Shown one piece after another: positions 37,474-49,301 of a DNA stretch of 64,000 nucleotides. The stretch covers positions 682,001-746,000 of the forward strand of contig CP142736.1 in NCBI GenBank assembly GCA_036630325.1. The letters run 5' to 3'. Below the pieces are notes generated by a model. It was not told the origin of the DNA and searched no databases. It was given only the letters and a program-made list of their open reading frames with translations. Each line of letters starts with the position of its first letter. Position 1 is the first letter of the stretch. The DNA is from Vairimorpha necatrix (Eukaryota). A program made the translations under genes and the position numbers.

Positions 37474-40400
37474 TAATCCAATTGGATATAATAAAATAAA
37501 AAATACTTTCAAAACACCAAGGAGACTGAATAGTCTCAAATATTTTTCTATTAGAAAGAATATGTGGTGGAAGAAAGTACAAGAACAATATTGTATTGTC
37601 AAGATACAAAGAATTCCTTATGGAGTGAAAGATCTCCTCAAAGACTTATGTAAGAAGAACTCCCTTTTGGAGAATTCCATCATTACAGCAAGAAAGTATA
37701 GACGAAGAGACACTTCTTTTACAAAAATAATAGTTGAAAAACTATACGCAAATTTATTGATTAAGACAGTTAAAGCTAAAGGCTTTAAAGTTTTAAATGA
37801 TAATAGAAAAGAACTAGAGAAATCTAGTAAAGTAAATAAAAAGACCAAAGAGAACATAAAACTCTTAAGTCTATACATTAACCATCTCTCTAACAAGAGA
37901 GAAGAACTCGAGTGGCTTCTTAAGAAGGAGAAACCAGAAATTATGTGTTTACAAGAAACTTGGAGACAATCTACAAGACCTTTGAAACTTGAAAAATACA
38001 CTACAGTTGAAACACCTAGTGGTGGGAAAAATAAACCAGGATTAATAACTCTGGTGAGAAATAATGGGGCAATTAGATGTAGCAAAAAGGGAACTGACTC
38101 AAACATTCTGCAAACAGTGGTTGAGTTTAGATCAGCAGGCAATTGGATTAAGTATTTGATCTTGAATGTCTACATACCACAAGACAAGGATCTCAAGAGA
38201 GAAGTCTTGGCCAGATTATTATTTCTCTTAGAAAAAGAGAAATTCAGAAATAACTATAGTGAGATCATAGTGATGGGAGATATGAACATGCAGAGTTCTA
38301 GTCTCAAGAAAAAACTAAATGTAGTTGGTTTGCCAGTTACAATAAAATATAACAGCAACGATGGTACAAGGATTCTCAAAGATGGTAAAAGATCTAAGAG
38401 AAAAATTGATACCATCTTTCGACTAAAAAGTAATGATAATGAGAAGATCATTATATCCAAGTCTTGGGTATTAAGTGATCACTTAGTGCTCAAAAGAAAA
38501 ATTAAACTTGCCGTTGATAAGATCTCAGATCAACTAGTTTATGATAAGAAGATGCTGGAAAATCCAAAAGTGATTAAAAAGCTTAAAAAGAAGTTGTGTA
38601 ATCAACAATTAAACATGAATAATCTCCCTGAGATTATTCAAAAAGTTTGTACATCTTTGAAGATTTACAAAAAGAGAAGTGTCCATACTGGACTTACAAT
38701 GAGATGGAGATATTTAAAAGTCTTCAAAGAAAAACGTCTAGCAGCAAGAGCTGTTATGAAAAATTACAATGAAATCAACTCAATTAGATTCGAATATCTC
38801 AAAAAGAGAGTAGACGAAACTAAAAAGTTGATTCGCAAAGATAGATCGAAACTTTGGGCTTTATGAGGAATAAAGCTCTTTAAAAGTAACAGATCCCGAG
38901 AATTCTGGCAATGGCTGAAAAATAGAAGTGTTTCCATTCGTTTGGATCAAGTGGCTCTAATTGACCACAATAAGATACTTCAGACTTGTCGAGCAAAGAA
39001 GCTAGAAATAGCGAATAAATTTTACGCGAATTGGCGTCAGAGAATGATATAGATGTCAATGCCTATGATAAAGTAGATCTTGTTGATCTTCCTCTAGAGA
39101 TAACAGATGAAGAATTTTTATCCGCACTGAAGAAATGCGGAAATAACAAAGCAGCCGGTCCTGATGAGATTCCAACCGAGCTATACAAACACTTACTGAC
39201 TAGAGCAGTAAAAGATAAATTCTTTAAATTCATGCTAAATGAATTTAATAAATATATTTGTGGAAATAGTCCTCCTGAATACTGGAGCATGGCAAACATG
39301 ATTTGCCCCCACAAAAAAGGAAATGAGACAGATCTGAATAATTATATGGGGAATCTCCTTAATTAACACAATTAGTAAGATCTATCTCAAGATAATAAAT
39401 GACAGGTTAACTCAATTTGTCGAAGAACAAGATATACTCTCTAGATACCAAGCAGGATTCCGAGCAGGTGAAGAGTGTATGAATCAGATTACATCTCTAC
39501 TAGAAATAGTGAGAAGAAGAGAATTCAGAGGCCTGAACACAATAATGTGTTTCATTGACTTTGAAAAAGCTTATGATAATGTAAGTCATGACTTATTATT
39601 TGAGAAGCTTACAAAACTTAATATCCCATTGTATTTAATCATTACAATAAAGGATATTTATAAATATACCACCATGCGTGTGAAAATTGGTGGTGACACG
39701 TCGAGTGGCTATAGCTACAGAAAAGGAGTGAGACAAGGGTGCCCTTGTTCTCCAATGCTGTTCAATATATTCATCAATGATATTTTTGACGGCATAAATG
39801 GTGTTTTGATCCCAAGATCAAATACGAGAGTTCCGGGACTGATGTTCGCAGATGATATTGTTGTCTTCGGAAACAACATTGATGATCTTAATAATAAGAT
39901 CAATAGAATTTCTAATTGGGCAGTTAATAACAGAATGAAGATTAACTGCTCAAAAAGCGGAGTATTAGAATGGGCTGCTCATTCTAACATACAAGAATTC
40001 CGAAGTTTGTATTCTCTCAGTACAGACTTTGGTGTGATTGAGGAAGTCACTGAATACAGATATCTAGGTGTCTTAATTAAAAGAAACACGCTAGAAGAAC
40101 ACTTGGTCAAAGACGCAGCAATGCGTGGCAAGAAAGCCTTGGACGCCTTGATGCCCAAGTTGATGAATAGCAGCATCAATCTCTACTTCAAGGCGATCTT
40201 AATAAAATGTGTACTAGTACCCACACTAATGTATGGCAGTGAATTGTGGGGAATGTCAAGTACAAGAGCAGGTAAGATTAACAGGATCTTAAAAAATCTA
40301 TCAGAATGATATTCAAAAGAGTATTAGTTCCACTAGATAGAGTAATGGACGAGTTCAATATCGAACGAATTCATATACAAGCAGCTTTAAGTAGATTTAG

Positions 40401-41070
40401 AGCATACAACAAGTGGAAACACAATAAGACAATCATATCGGATATAATCTCAATCAATCCGAAAGAAAGAAAAACTACCTGGTGTTCAAGAACACAAAGA
40501 TGGTTAAAACGATTTGTCGGCAACGATTATGAATCAACTGATAGTAGATTTATCACTACAAAAATAATTGATGTACTAAGAAGTCGAAGAACTCTAAATA
40601 CTTCTTTAGCTGCATCAATAGCAAACCAATATGACATAAGAAATTCACAAATAAAATATGTCATGAACAAAATAAATAATAGGAAAATTAGAACATATGC
40701 TAGATTGAGATGTAATCTAGTAAAGTAATCCTCAGCAATAGCCAATTCAAAAAGAATATCTATGAGTTATAGAAATAAATGCTTTCTGTGTGATGGACCA
40801 CAAGAAAATTTAGAACATTTTCTGTTAGAGTGCGTCTGTTTAACTGACATTAGAACATCCTTTGAAAATAAACTGCCCCTACTGACTTGTTCAAAAACAA
40901 ATATCCGAGATAAAACCAAGCAACTCCTTGGTAATAAAATCGGACTAAAAAATAACCCAGATAAGATAAAAGAACTTTGTTGCACTATAGAGTTCTTAGA
41001 TAGAATGGTTGTCTCTAGAAGAATTATATTTAATAACAAACTGAAGGAGATAACGAAACAAAATAATTAA
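37474..41070 (+). pseudogene. LINE ORF2 (outer copy), continuing from 31575-31684, with multiple lesions
   Basis: Same domains as the inner copy. TGA at 38864-38866, frameshifts near 39027, 39347 and 40293, and TAA at 40726-40728. Confidence 0.92.
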
Positions 41071-41582
41071 TATAGCTTAATTAAAAAAAATGAAAATCTA
41101 GAATTAGAAGAAAGAAGTGTTATATTATTAACAAAAAGACTTATATTTAATTATATTTGACCTGGGAGAGGCCGGGCATGATACTGATGCTGTATTGTTC
41201 AGCTGAACTGAGTCGTGTTCTTAAATGGTGTATTGAGCCAGGCGTTTTCGTTTTTCATCAGACCCATGAAAGTGGGTCTCTAGTCATATTATGACTAAGG
41301 ATGTATCCTATGCGGACAAACTTTTCTCCTACAAGCGAGGCCGTTAAGGTATGCTGGCGTGTAAACGCGATTATTGATGTTTTTCTTATTGGTGGAGTTT
41401 TTGGTGGCTTAGTGGCTTTTCTTCGTTTTGCTGATTCTGTCTTTTTACAATAAACAATTTTATTTTTATTTTTAATGTATTTTTTAAGCTTTAGTTGATT
41501 TTTTTTATTTAGTATTGAATGTGCCAGCGTTGGTTTTCTACGGGATATAACTAAAAACACAATAATAAAATAATTTAATTCA

Positions 41583-42680
41583 TCAATTTTCATAATTATT
41601 ACTATCAATCAGGCTTTTATAATGTTGATTTATATAATACATAAGCTTGACTTTGTTATTACACTCTAAAATGGCATCCGTAATGCTCTTCTTAGCTTCT
41701 TGGTAATAATACATTATATCGTTTCTTGTATCGCTGGCGTAGTGTTTTACCACATAATTAGTGAAATAAATTATGCAGTCTGTTTTAAAAGATAATTCTG
41801 AAAATCCCAAAAATTTACGAGGATGTAATAGATATCTTTTTTCCTCTCCAACGAAGACAGTTATTTTTATGCAAGCACTGTCTATTTTTTCAATTAGATT
41901 AGAAACAAATATTTGTATTTCTTGGTCAGTAAAAAATTCTGAAACACAAGAGTAAAGATGAGCGTCAATAGGCGGCGTAGATAAATGAATTGTTGATGAT
42001 TGTATATGAGAATTAGAAAGATTATTGTTTTTTAAAATATCTTCTTGAGATTTGATTTTTGAGTCATTTCCTTCAAATTTCCGTGTAATTTTTTCTTTTA
42101 TATATATTTTCATGTTTTTCTCGTACAGTTCTTCGTTTCCTTTATAAAGTATGTAATTCGATATAACACACCATATTTTTTCATTAGTTTCTATTTCTTT
42201 ATATCTTTCATGAAATTTTATAAACTTGCCGTATAAATAAGTGATAATTGGATCTTTATATAAATATTCTTTAACGGGACGAGTTCGTTTTTTAAGTATT
42301 ATATCAGGCTCAATAATTTCAGTTTTTGGTGGTAATTTCGTATCGCTTGCTTTTCTTTTTCTTCTTACATTGTAAAGTGACTCTTCAAATGTTTTTATTT
42401 CATTATCATTTTCTGTAGAAAAATTTGGCTTGGTTTTAAAAAAATTTATAACTTTTCTAGTTGAATAAGGAAGAGGGCCTTGGAATACAAAAAAGTTATT
42501 TAGTGAACATTCAAGTTCTACTTGTTCATTTTCGCCTTCAAATGCTTCTATAAAGTCGTCTTCATAATCATATTCGTCCAATTTACTTCTTCTTCTTTTT
42601 TTCTCTGTTACAGTTTTTTTCAAATCTACTTCTGTAGATTTTAAAACATCAAAAGTAATTTCTTTAATAACTTTTCCCAT
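41583..42680 (-). CDS. HPC2/ubinuclein (HUN/HRD) domain protein, probable HIR histone-chaperone subunit
   Basis: Motif DEYDYEDDFIE...NNFFVFQGPL matches the Hpc2-related domain pattern YDxxDxFID...GFFVxxGxL. Basic NLS-like stretches and CCCC before the ATG. Confidence 0.75.
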   Translation of the reverse strand: MGKVIKEITFDVLKSTEVDLKKTVTEKKRRRSKLDEYDYEDDFIEAFEGENEQVELECSLNNFFVFQGPLPYSTRKVINFFKTKPNFSTENDNEIKTFEESLYNVRRKRKASDTKLPPKTEIIEPDIILKKRTRPVKEYLYKDPIITYLYGKFIKFHERYKEIETNEKIWCVISNYILYKGNEELYEKNMKIYIKEKITRKFEGNDSKIKSQEDILKNNNLSNSHIQSSTIHLSTPPIDAHLYSCVSEFFTDQEIQIFVSNLIEKIDSACIKITVFVGEEKRYLLHPRKFLGFSELSFKTDCIIYFTNYVVKHYASDTRNDIMYYYQEAKKSITDAILECNNKVKLMYYINQHYKSLIDSNNYEN

Positions 42681-42917
42681 TTAGAGGGGCTTAGAAAATT
42701 CTTCTTATATAAATAACGAATTTTTCTTTTTTCAATAAGCATTTTAAATATTAAACGAAATTTCAAATGAAATTTATTAAAACTAAGAAATTAAATTTAC
42801 TTGATTTAGACATCATCTAATTATTCATTGTAGATTTATTTTTAATTTGCATCCTGTTTTACAATAAAGGTCGATAGTAGCTTTTAGAAAGCAATTTCAG
42901 TTTTCACAAATTCCAAC

Positions 42918-43745
42918 ATCCTAGTGAAAAAAGGCAAAATTCTTTGGCGTACGTTTCTGGTTCGAATCCCAGAGGCAAGATTTTTTTATTTTTATGATGC
43001 ATTGGGAAAACACAGATTATGAAAATCTTTACGACAATAGGAAAATTGATCTAATGAAACTTGTGTGCATCCAGCCATAAGTATATAAAGCATCTAGTGT
43101 AGAAACGGAGCTTAAGACCAAAACAATATCGTCTTTTTGAGCTATGTATATCCAAACAATATTCTGGTACAGCGTAGTTGGGCTCACGGCCAGCACATTA
43201 TTGGGTGGGATTCCAAACAAATGAAAAAACTAGACAACTAGAGCAATAGAAAGCGTATTGAACATATTTACAGGATTCCAGATCACGGCGATTGATAGGA
43301 ATGAGAAGCCAGTTATCAACACAGCCCAATAAATATTTGGACGGAATATGAAGTAAGACCACGCGTTGGAAATAGATAATATTATTGACCTTTAAGCTAA
43401 TACTATGAAGACTCTCTTCAACTTATTAAAACAATATTTTTGTATATTCGATTTAGAGACGCAGATAATAGTAAATACTTGATTTTAATACAATAATATT
43501 TCTCCTATATGTTTAGACCATGTCCTTTGGTATATTCGCGTGGAATCGCTCTAGATGCGATTTGAGGTATAGATCGAAATAAATTATCCTGATACCAAAG
43601 CCGCAATACATAATGGCTATTGCTCCCTAAATTTTTGGATGGGTTTTTTTAGTAAGAATCTTACAGTACCAGTTGTATAACGATCATACCTAACTCCTCG
43701 TATTTCTCATATAGAATTCTTTTTACCTATTATTTGCAAAAAAAG
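42918..43745 (+). mobile_element. tRNA-headed SINE-like element, copy 1 (decayed)
   Basis: Box B GGTTCGAATCC at 42959-42969. Collinear conserved blocks with 53519-54301 and an A-rich end. Ends are approximate. Confidence 0.7.
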
Positions 43746-44847
43746 AAGAGCAGTATTTGATTATTATTTATAAATAGCACAACATAAAAACATCGATACT
43801 GTCTAAACATGAAACCATCTAGTAATTTGCAGACCTATTGCTATGTCGATGATATGTAACGATATTTTTTTCAATCCGAATGCAATAGGTATTTTAATTT
43901 TAATTACCACACTAAAATTTGCAAATTTATTTTTTCTTGGATTATATTTGTTACATCTCACATTATTTTTAATATTTCTTTTCAATTAAAATTTTTATTT
44001 ATACAACAAAATTTAAGGCGACGAAAGATGATCATTACTAGTTGATATAAGACAGTAGAAAGTAAATTAAACACTATTTTCTGCCTTAGGTGTGGGCAAG
44101 ACTCGTGAAAAGATATTAATAAAAAAGTAATTAACGTGTTATACGGAGGAATTTATATCATAAATATTTTTTACAATTATAAAGCTTTTTTGCTGGTCAC
44201 AAAGCCGTCGATTTAATTATTATTGTATATCGTGACAATTTTTAGATTTAAATACTTTCTTTATGTTTCCATTTTTAATAATGTTGTAAGTAACATTTTT
44301 ATGATTTATTATGCTTCTTTGAACATTTAATTGCTGCAATTGTCAACAAGTAAATAGGTATTTTATGAATTTTAATTTTGTCTTCATTATTTTAGCAATA
44401 TTGTCAGTCATGTGGGTATTATAATGTGATTAATATATAAAAAATTCCTAATATTTTTTTTAATGGTTAAAATTATATGCTAAATTTTTTTAAGTTACAA
44501 TCTATAGAACAATAACAAAATTAAGTAAAATTTTCCGTGCAAACGCAAACGTTTGACATTGTTTATTTAAATTATCTACATCGCAATAATTTAAGATCAA
44601 CTGTTTATCAATGTACTTGCTTTTAGGACAATTATAAATCTCATAATTTTTAATTTCCCGATATACTCTTATGAATTAATGATAAAATTATATACTTACA
44701 AGACATTTATTGTAGATCAATAAATTGACTATTTCTATAGTTTCATATTACTTGTACTGTGCAAACAAAAACTTAAGAAGTAACATGCCTTTTTTCTTCA
44801 CGTTTTATCGATTTAATATTTTAAGAACTCAAACGATTACAGGTTTA

Positions 44848-44976
44848 GACCAAAGTGCACTATAGGAATATTTTTTGAACTAGGTTTTTTGTGTTTATTT
44901 TCTTCCTTTATTTTTCAAAAAAAAAGGGGCAAAAAAAACCCTAGTTCAAAAAATATTCCTATGTTGCACTTTAGCC
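44848..44976. mobile_element. Merlin-type MITE (129 bp)
   Basis: TIRs of about 45 bp and an 8-bp TSD CAGGTTTA (44840-44847 and 44977-44984). Termini resemble the element at 61959-62976. Confidence 0.85.
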
Positions 44977-47345
44977 CAGGTTTAATCGTTGTGCAGTACA
45001 TATCCTTCATCTAACCATCAGTACGATTAACGACTTCATAATAAGATCAAAATTAGAACATAGAGACGGCATGATGCAGAATGCTGAGTTTTTATAAATT
45101 CTAACTTGTGTATCGAGCTATCTTGTCATTTCTGTGTGATTTTTGAGACAATATCATTAATATTGGGGGTTGTCACTCACAGTATTCCCGCACATCATTT
45201 TTTATTGTAATGTCTCTTTCAATAATACTCGTAATTATATGTCTTCTACAATAAGTATCTTTTCGTTGCATAATTCTTACAATTATACAAGCCTTTACAC
45301 AATAAGTGTTGTTGGCATTTTCTGTAACTAAAAAAGCCTTTAATAGCATATGTAGGCAAAATACAAAAATTTTACATTCTAACTAAATTAGACATTTTCA
45401 TAACTCAAAATTGTATTAGCACATTATCAAGCTTCTTTTTGTATGTTTACGAATACTAGTACATGTTACCTGCGAACAAAAAACCATAAATGAGATTCAA
45501 TACACAAAACATAAACAAGCTTATCCGCAAAAAAACTGAAAAAAAATAATACCAACGATGAAAAAACGTATTTAGTCTTCCTAGATAACAAAAAATGTGT
45601 AATAAGTACCATGTATATATTATTATGACTACAATGCTATAATATTCATCTAAAAAATACTAAAATCCTGGTTAATATGGCCAGCTATAAAAAACATTAA
45701 ATCGTAAAATCGTTATTCAATAACTCATAACAATTTTTTTTTCTTCGTTCTTCGGGGCAATTTATATAATAAAGAAAGATGCCTTTTAAACAATTTTTAA
45801 GTATGCTCCATATCATAAAAAGCCACAGGCACATTGATAATCCCTTAAAAGCTGGATTTTTTCTCCAAAGTTTTATGTTTTAATTTCTACACAATAAGTG
45901 AAGTGAAAATTTTTACGTATAGTAAAGAAAAGAATAAATATAAAAAAAATTCCCATACCAACCTATCATATCAGAGAATTTTTGCAGAAAGATTCCAAAA
46001 AAACTCATAGATTTTTATCTTTTAGTATAGTAATGTAAAGATCGCCGCTTTGTTCATCGTCCGAACTATATCTTTAGTTGATGAGACATCGACAAAAAGG
46101 TAAACAATTAATATAGGACCTAAAAGCTGGTGTGTAATAAATTTCGAAAGCGTTTATACGGCCAATTTTCAGATTTTTATTACTAATTAATATATGATTA
46201 AAGGTATAAAAATTTATATTTATTCAAGCCTTTGAACATCGGCAGAGACCCCGAGGGGGATCTGGAACCAAGAACATAGTATAGGTAACTAGAAGGGGGT
46301 GACAAGATAGAATGCGCGGAAGTGGAATAAACCAAAGAAAACATAACAAAAAAGCTATAATAATTTTTTTTATATTTATTCAATTATATACACTACATCG
46401 ATAATCCAACCAACAAGGTAAAAATGCTGGAAGCTAATAAAATTTTGCACCATACTAATTTTAATTCGTTAATGAACTCAAGCAAATGGATAAGCGGAAT
46501 CACAAAAGCGATCTGTCTTTATAAATCCTGTGTTTTCATTTATTTACTATTCTTCGCCGCAGACAGAAATTTAAACTTTTGCAATACTTTCAGTCTCGCT
46601 GTTTACCGTATTGTAAAATAGTTATTAACATTTTTGTATATCACATTTTTTCTGCTTCTGTATAAGATATATTTCAATTAATGTTTTTATATTATTACTA
46701 ACACGCACATAAGTCTTCCTTTTATTTTTTGATTCTGATTTTCCACCTAAATTAATGTACTAATCTGTTAATCAACCACACCAATCAACATATGTTTTAC
46801 ATCCACAGATCAAAAATAGCATACAATAATTTTTTAACTTCAAAGTTTATTTCTCCACCATGGTTTAGAAAAAATGTAAACTCAAGATAATTTTATTTAA
46901 CAAAAAGACTATGTTATAAGAAACTTATTATTAATAACTTAAGAAACAGACATTAAAAAAAGCATCTTTTTATAAATGAGAGAGGTTAAAAGCAGACTTG
47001 TTAATGCAATTATCTACTATAATTTAACTTGTTTGCGACACGAGGGTTGTTTTGTTATAAATTATTCTATAATTTTTTTAGAATCTTCAAAATCAATAGA
47101 AAACATCAATTTTTTGTGATAGATAAGCGATCAAAAAAATTATTATTCATTTGGAACATTGTGTCAATTTTTTATTTTCAAATATGACAAACAAAAAATG
47201 TGATATGATTTTAGTAATATTTGTAACATTTGTTGACCATATTCTTAAATTTTATATACACATTAAACAAGCATATTATTGAAATTCTGTTATAAAAATG
47301 ATGTTTACTTTAAAAACTTTGTATATTATACTTAATTTATTATGT

Positions 47346-47636
47346 TCATCCATTCAGTGTGTTCATATAATAATCTATCATTAATTGCATTTCTCTACCT
47401 CTTTCTACATCTCGTTGTTGATTGTCTAAATCCCTATTATCTTGATTTATATATATATGATTACTTAATGTTTTATCACCAAGGCGACGAATTATTAGCT
47501 GGAGATTATATTGAGGAAATTCTTGTGTACTCGTTTGATCGATTATTCGATTAATTCTATTGTTTTCTTTGTGATTTTTCTTTTTATTAATTGTATTTCC
47601 TCTCATTCCAAGACACAAAAGATAAAAAAGATTCAT
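47346..47636 (-). CDS. Small putative secreted protein, 96 aa
   Basis: CCCC motif directly before the ATG, hydrophobic N-terminus MNLFYLLCLG and polar body. Confidence 0.6.
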   Translation of the reverse strand: MNLFYLLCLGMRGNTINKKKNHKENNRINRIIDQTSTQEFPQYNLQLIIRRLGDKTLSNHIYINQDNRDLDNQQRDVERGREMQLMIDYYMNTLNG

Positions 47637-48559
47637 TGGGGTATTTTAGTGAGGGTATTTTACTATTTTTTTTTACTATAAATGCGATTTAAACATTGGT
47701 TTTATTAAAAACAAAAAACACGTTATTGTAAGACCAGCATGTCATATAAATAAAAAATTAACAACTACACTAGGAGATCTAGATTAATAACCATTTAAAA
47801 TTAATCAATGAAAACAATCCATATTGACAATTTCTCCTAAAAATAATTTTATATTAAAAAAATTGAAAGTCATGAAAACTAGAAATTTCATTATTAGACA
47901 AAGGCTAATGTCTTTATTATCTGTCTGTAATTCATATTACCTAAAATCAACTTAATTTAGAAGCAATTGTTTACCAGAAAACAAATTTGTAACTAAATAT
48001 TATCATGAGATAGTTAGTATAATTTTTTTAGTGCTTTAAACAGATATAAAAAAAATTGGATGAATATTTTAAAGAATATAATACATTTACAAACCTATTT
48101 AGAATTATCAATAAGAAATTGGATGGCATTCATTAAACAAACAAATTCCCTATGTATTCTAAGAAACGACATGGGGTAAACAATGCCATATAGTTCTAAA
48201 TACTTTCTTGATTTTTGTACGTTTTTTGACTTGTATATTTTTACTTAACTTTAATATAATATACGTACAAGAAAAAATAGGTTATAATAGATGATAATAT
48301 TATAAATTTTATCGACATGATTTAGATAATAGTTAAGGATTAAATATATTTTTTTTATTTCAATTTAGTATACAAAGAACAAAAAAGATTGTATGTAATG
48401 GAAATGTAAAAAATAAGAGATTTTAATATCATATTTAAGAGCACTCTTCATTGCTGTAAATCTTCGTTAATATTCGAAGAAAAAATCATAAAACATCAGG
48501 GGTTCATTTATACGTATTTATTATATTCTGCTGATAATTCCCTGACATCTATCAATACT

Positions 48560-49301
48560 TGTTGAGAATATAGATTTAATAAATTTCTTAACTTACAATT
48601 GTTTAATATGGTGGAGAATAAAATTATTGAACCCAAACAAAAACAAAAGAAGAGGTCGTAAGTTCCGTCGAAGCATGATACGTAAAAAAAAATGCAGTCT
48701 AGGTTAGAATGGGGATGGTTGGTTTTCTAACAGAAGAGAAGGTGATGGCTTGCATCAGTCGAAGACCCGGATAGGTGAAGACGTAAAGTAGCTATAAAGA
48801 GCTATGGAGAAAAGTATTGACTGTAATAAGATCTGGCATAAGAGTTGTCGAGATTGGGTGTAGTGGTAATCCCACTATTCACATTAAAGCTATCGTGGCA
48901 AGATAGTTGAACCAATGGTGTTCAAAAATCCAGAGAGATTTTAAAAGAGAAGAAAATCAAAAAGAAACTGTGTTATAGTCGAAGGATGAGATAGACGGAA
49001 AAAATTCGATTTCATTGTTGGGAAGACATGTGTAAAGAATAATCACATGCCCATAGACTACATGTATTAAAACAGGGAAAGAAAGTACCTCGAAGACCAA
49101 TACTAGAAGGGATTGTAAGACGCGGTAGAGTAAAGCGCAGCCCATGGTCAGTTAACATAAAAATGCACTTTTATTTTGAGAGCCCAGTAGTAGGCGTAGA
49201 AATATGTAGATAATTTCATCGCCCAATTCTAAATTTATCGCGGGGATGTTAAGAATATAGATTTAATAAATTTAACCCTTAACTTACAATTGTCTTTAAC
49301 A
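48560..49301 (+). mobile_element. Miniature LTR element (TRIM-like, 742 bp) with 49/55-bp LTRs
   Basis: Direct repeats at 48560-48608 and 49247-49301. TSD ATACT at 48555-48559 and 49302-49306. PBS TGGTGGAGAAT at 48609 and a short purine tract GGGGA before the 3' LTR. Confidence 0.85.

Larger units (their letters stand above)
29381..41474 (+). mobile_element. Full-length two-ORF APE-RT non-LTR retrotransposon (outer copy), interrupted by two nested insertions
   Basis: Removing 29451-29909 and 31685-37488 restores ribozyme, ORF1, ORF2, 3' UTR and T-rich tail. No clear TSD at the outer ends. Confidence 0.85.

Noticed and set aside
41225-41300. Minus-strand CTGATGA-AAAAC-GAAA resembling a minimal hammerhead core in the LINE 3' UTR
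   Set aside because: No NUH triplet or stem III in the right place, and the core is not conserved in the other two copies.
29493-41608. Repeated minus-strand ORFs across the LINE cluster
   Set aside because: Antisense shadows of duplicated LINE sequence, with no independent coding signal.
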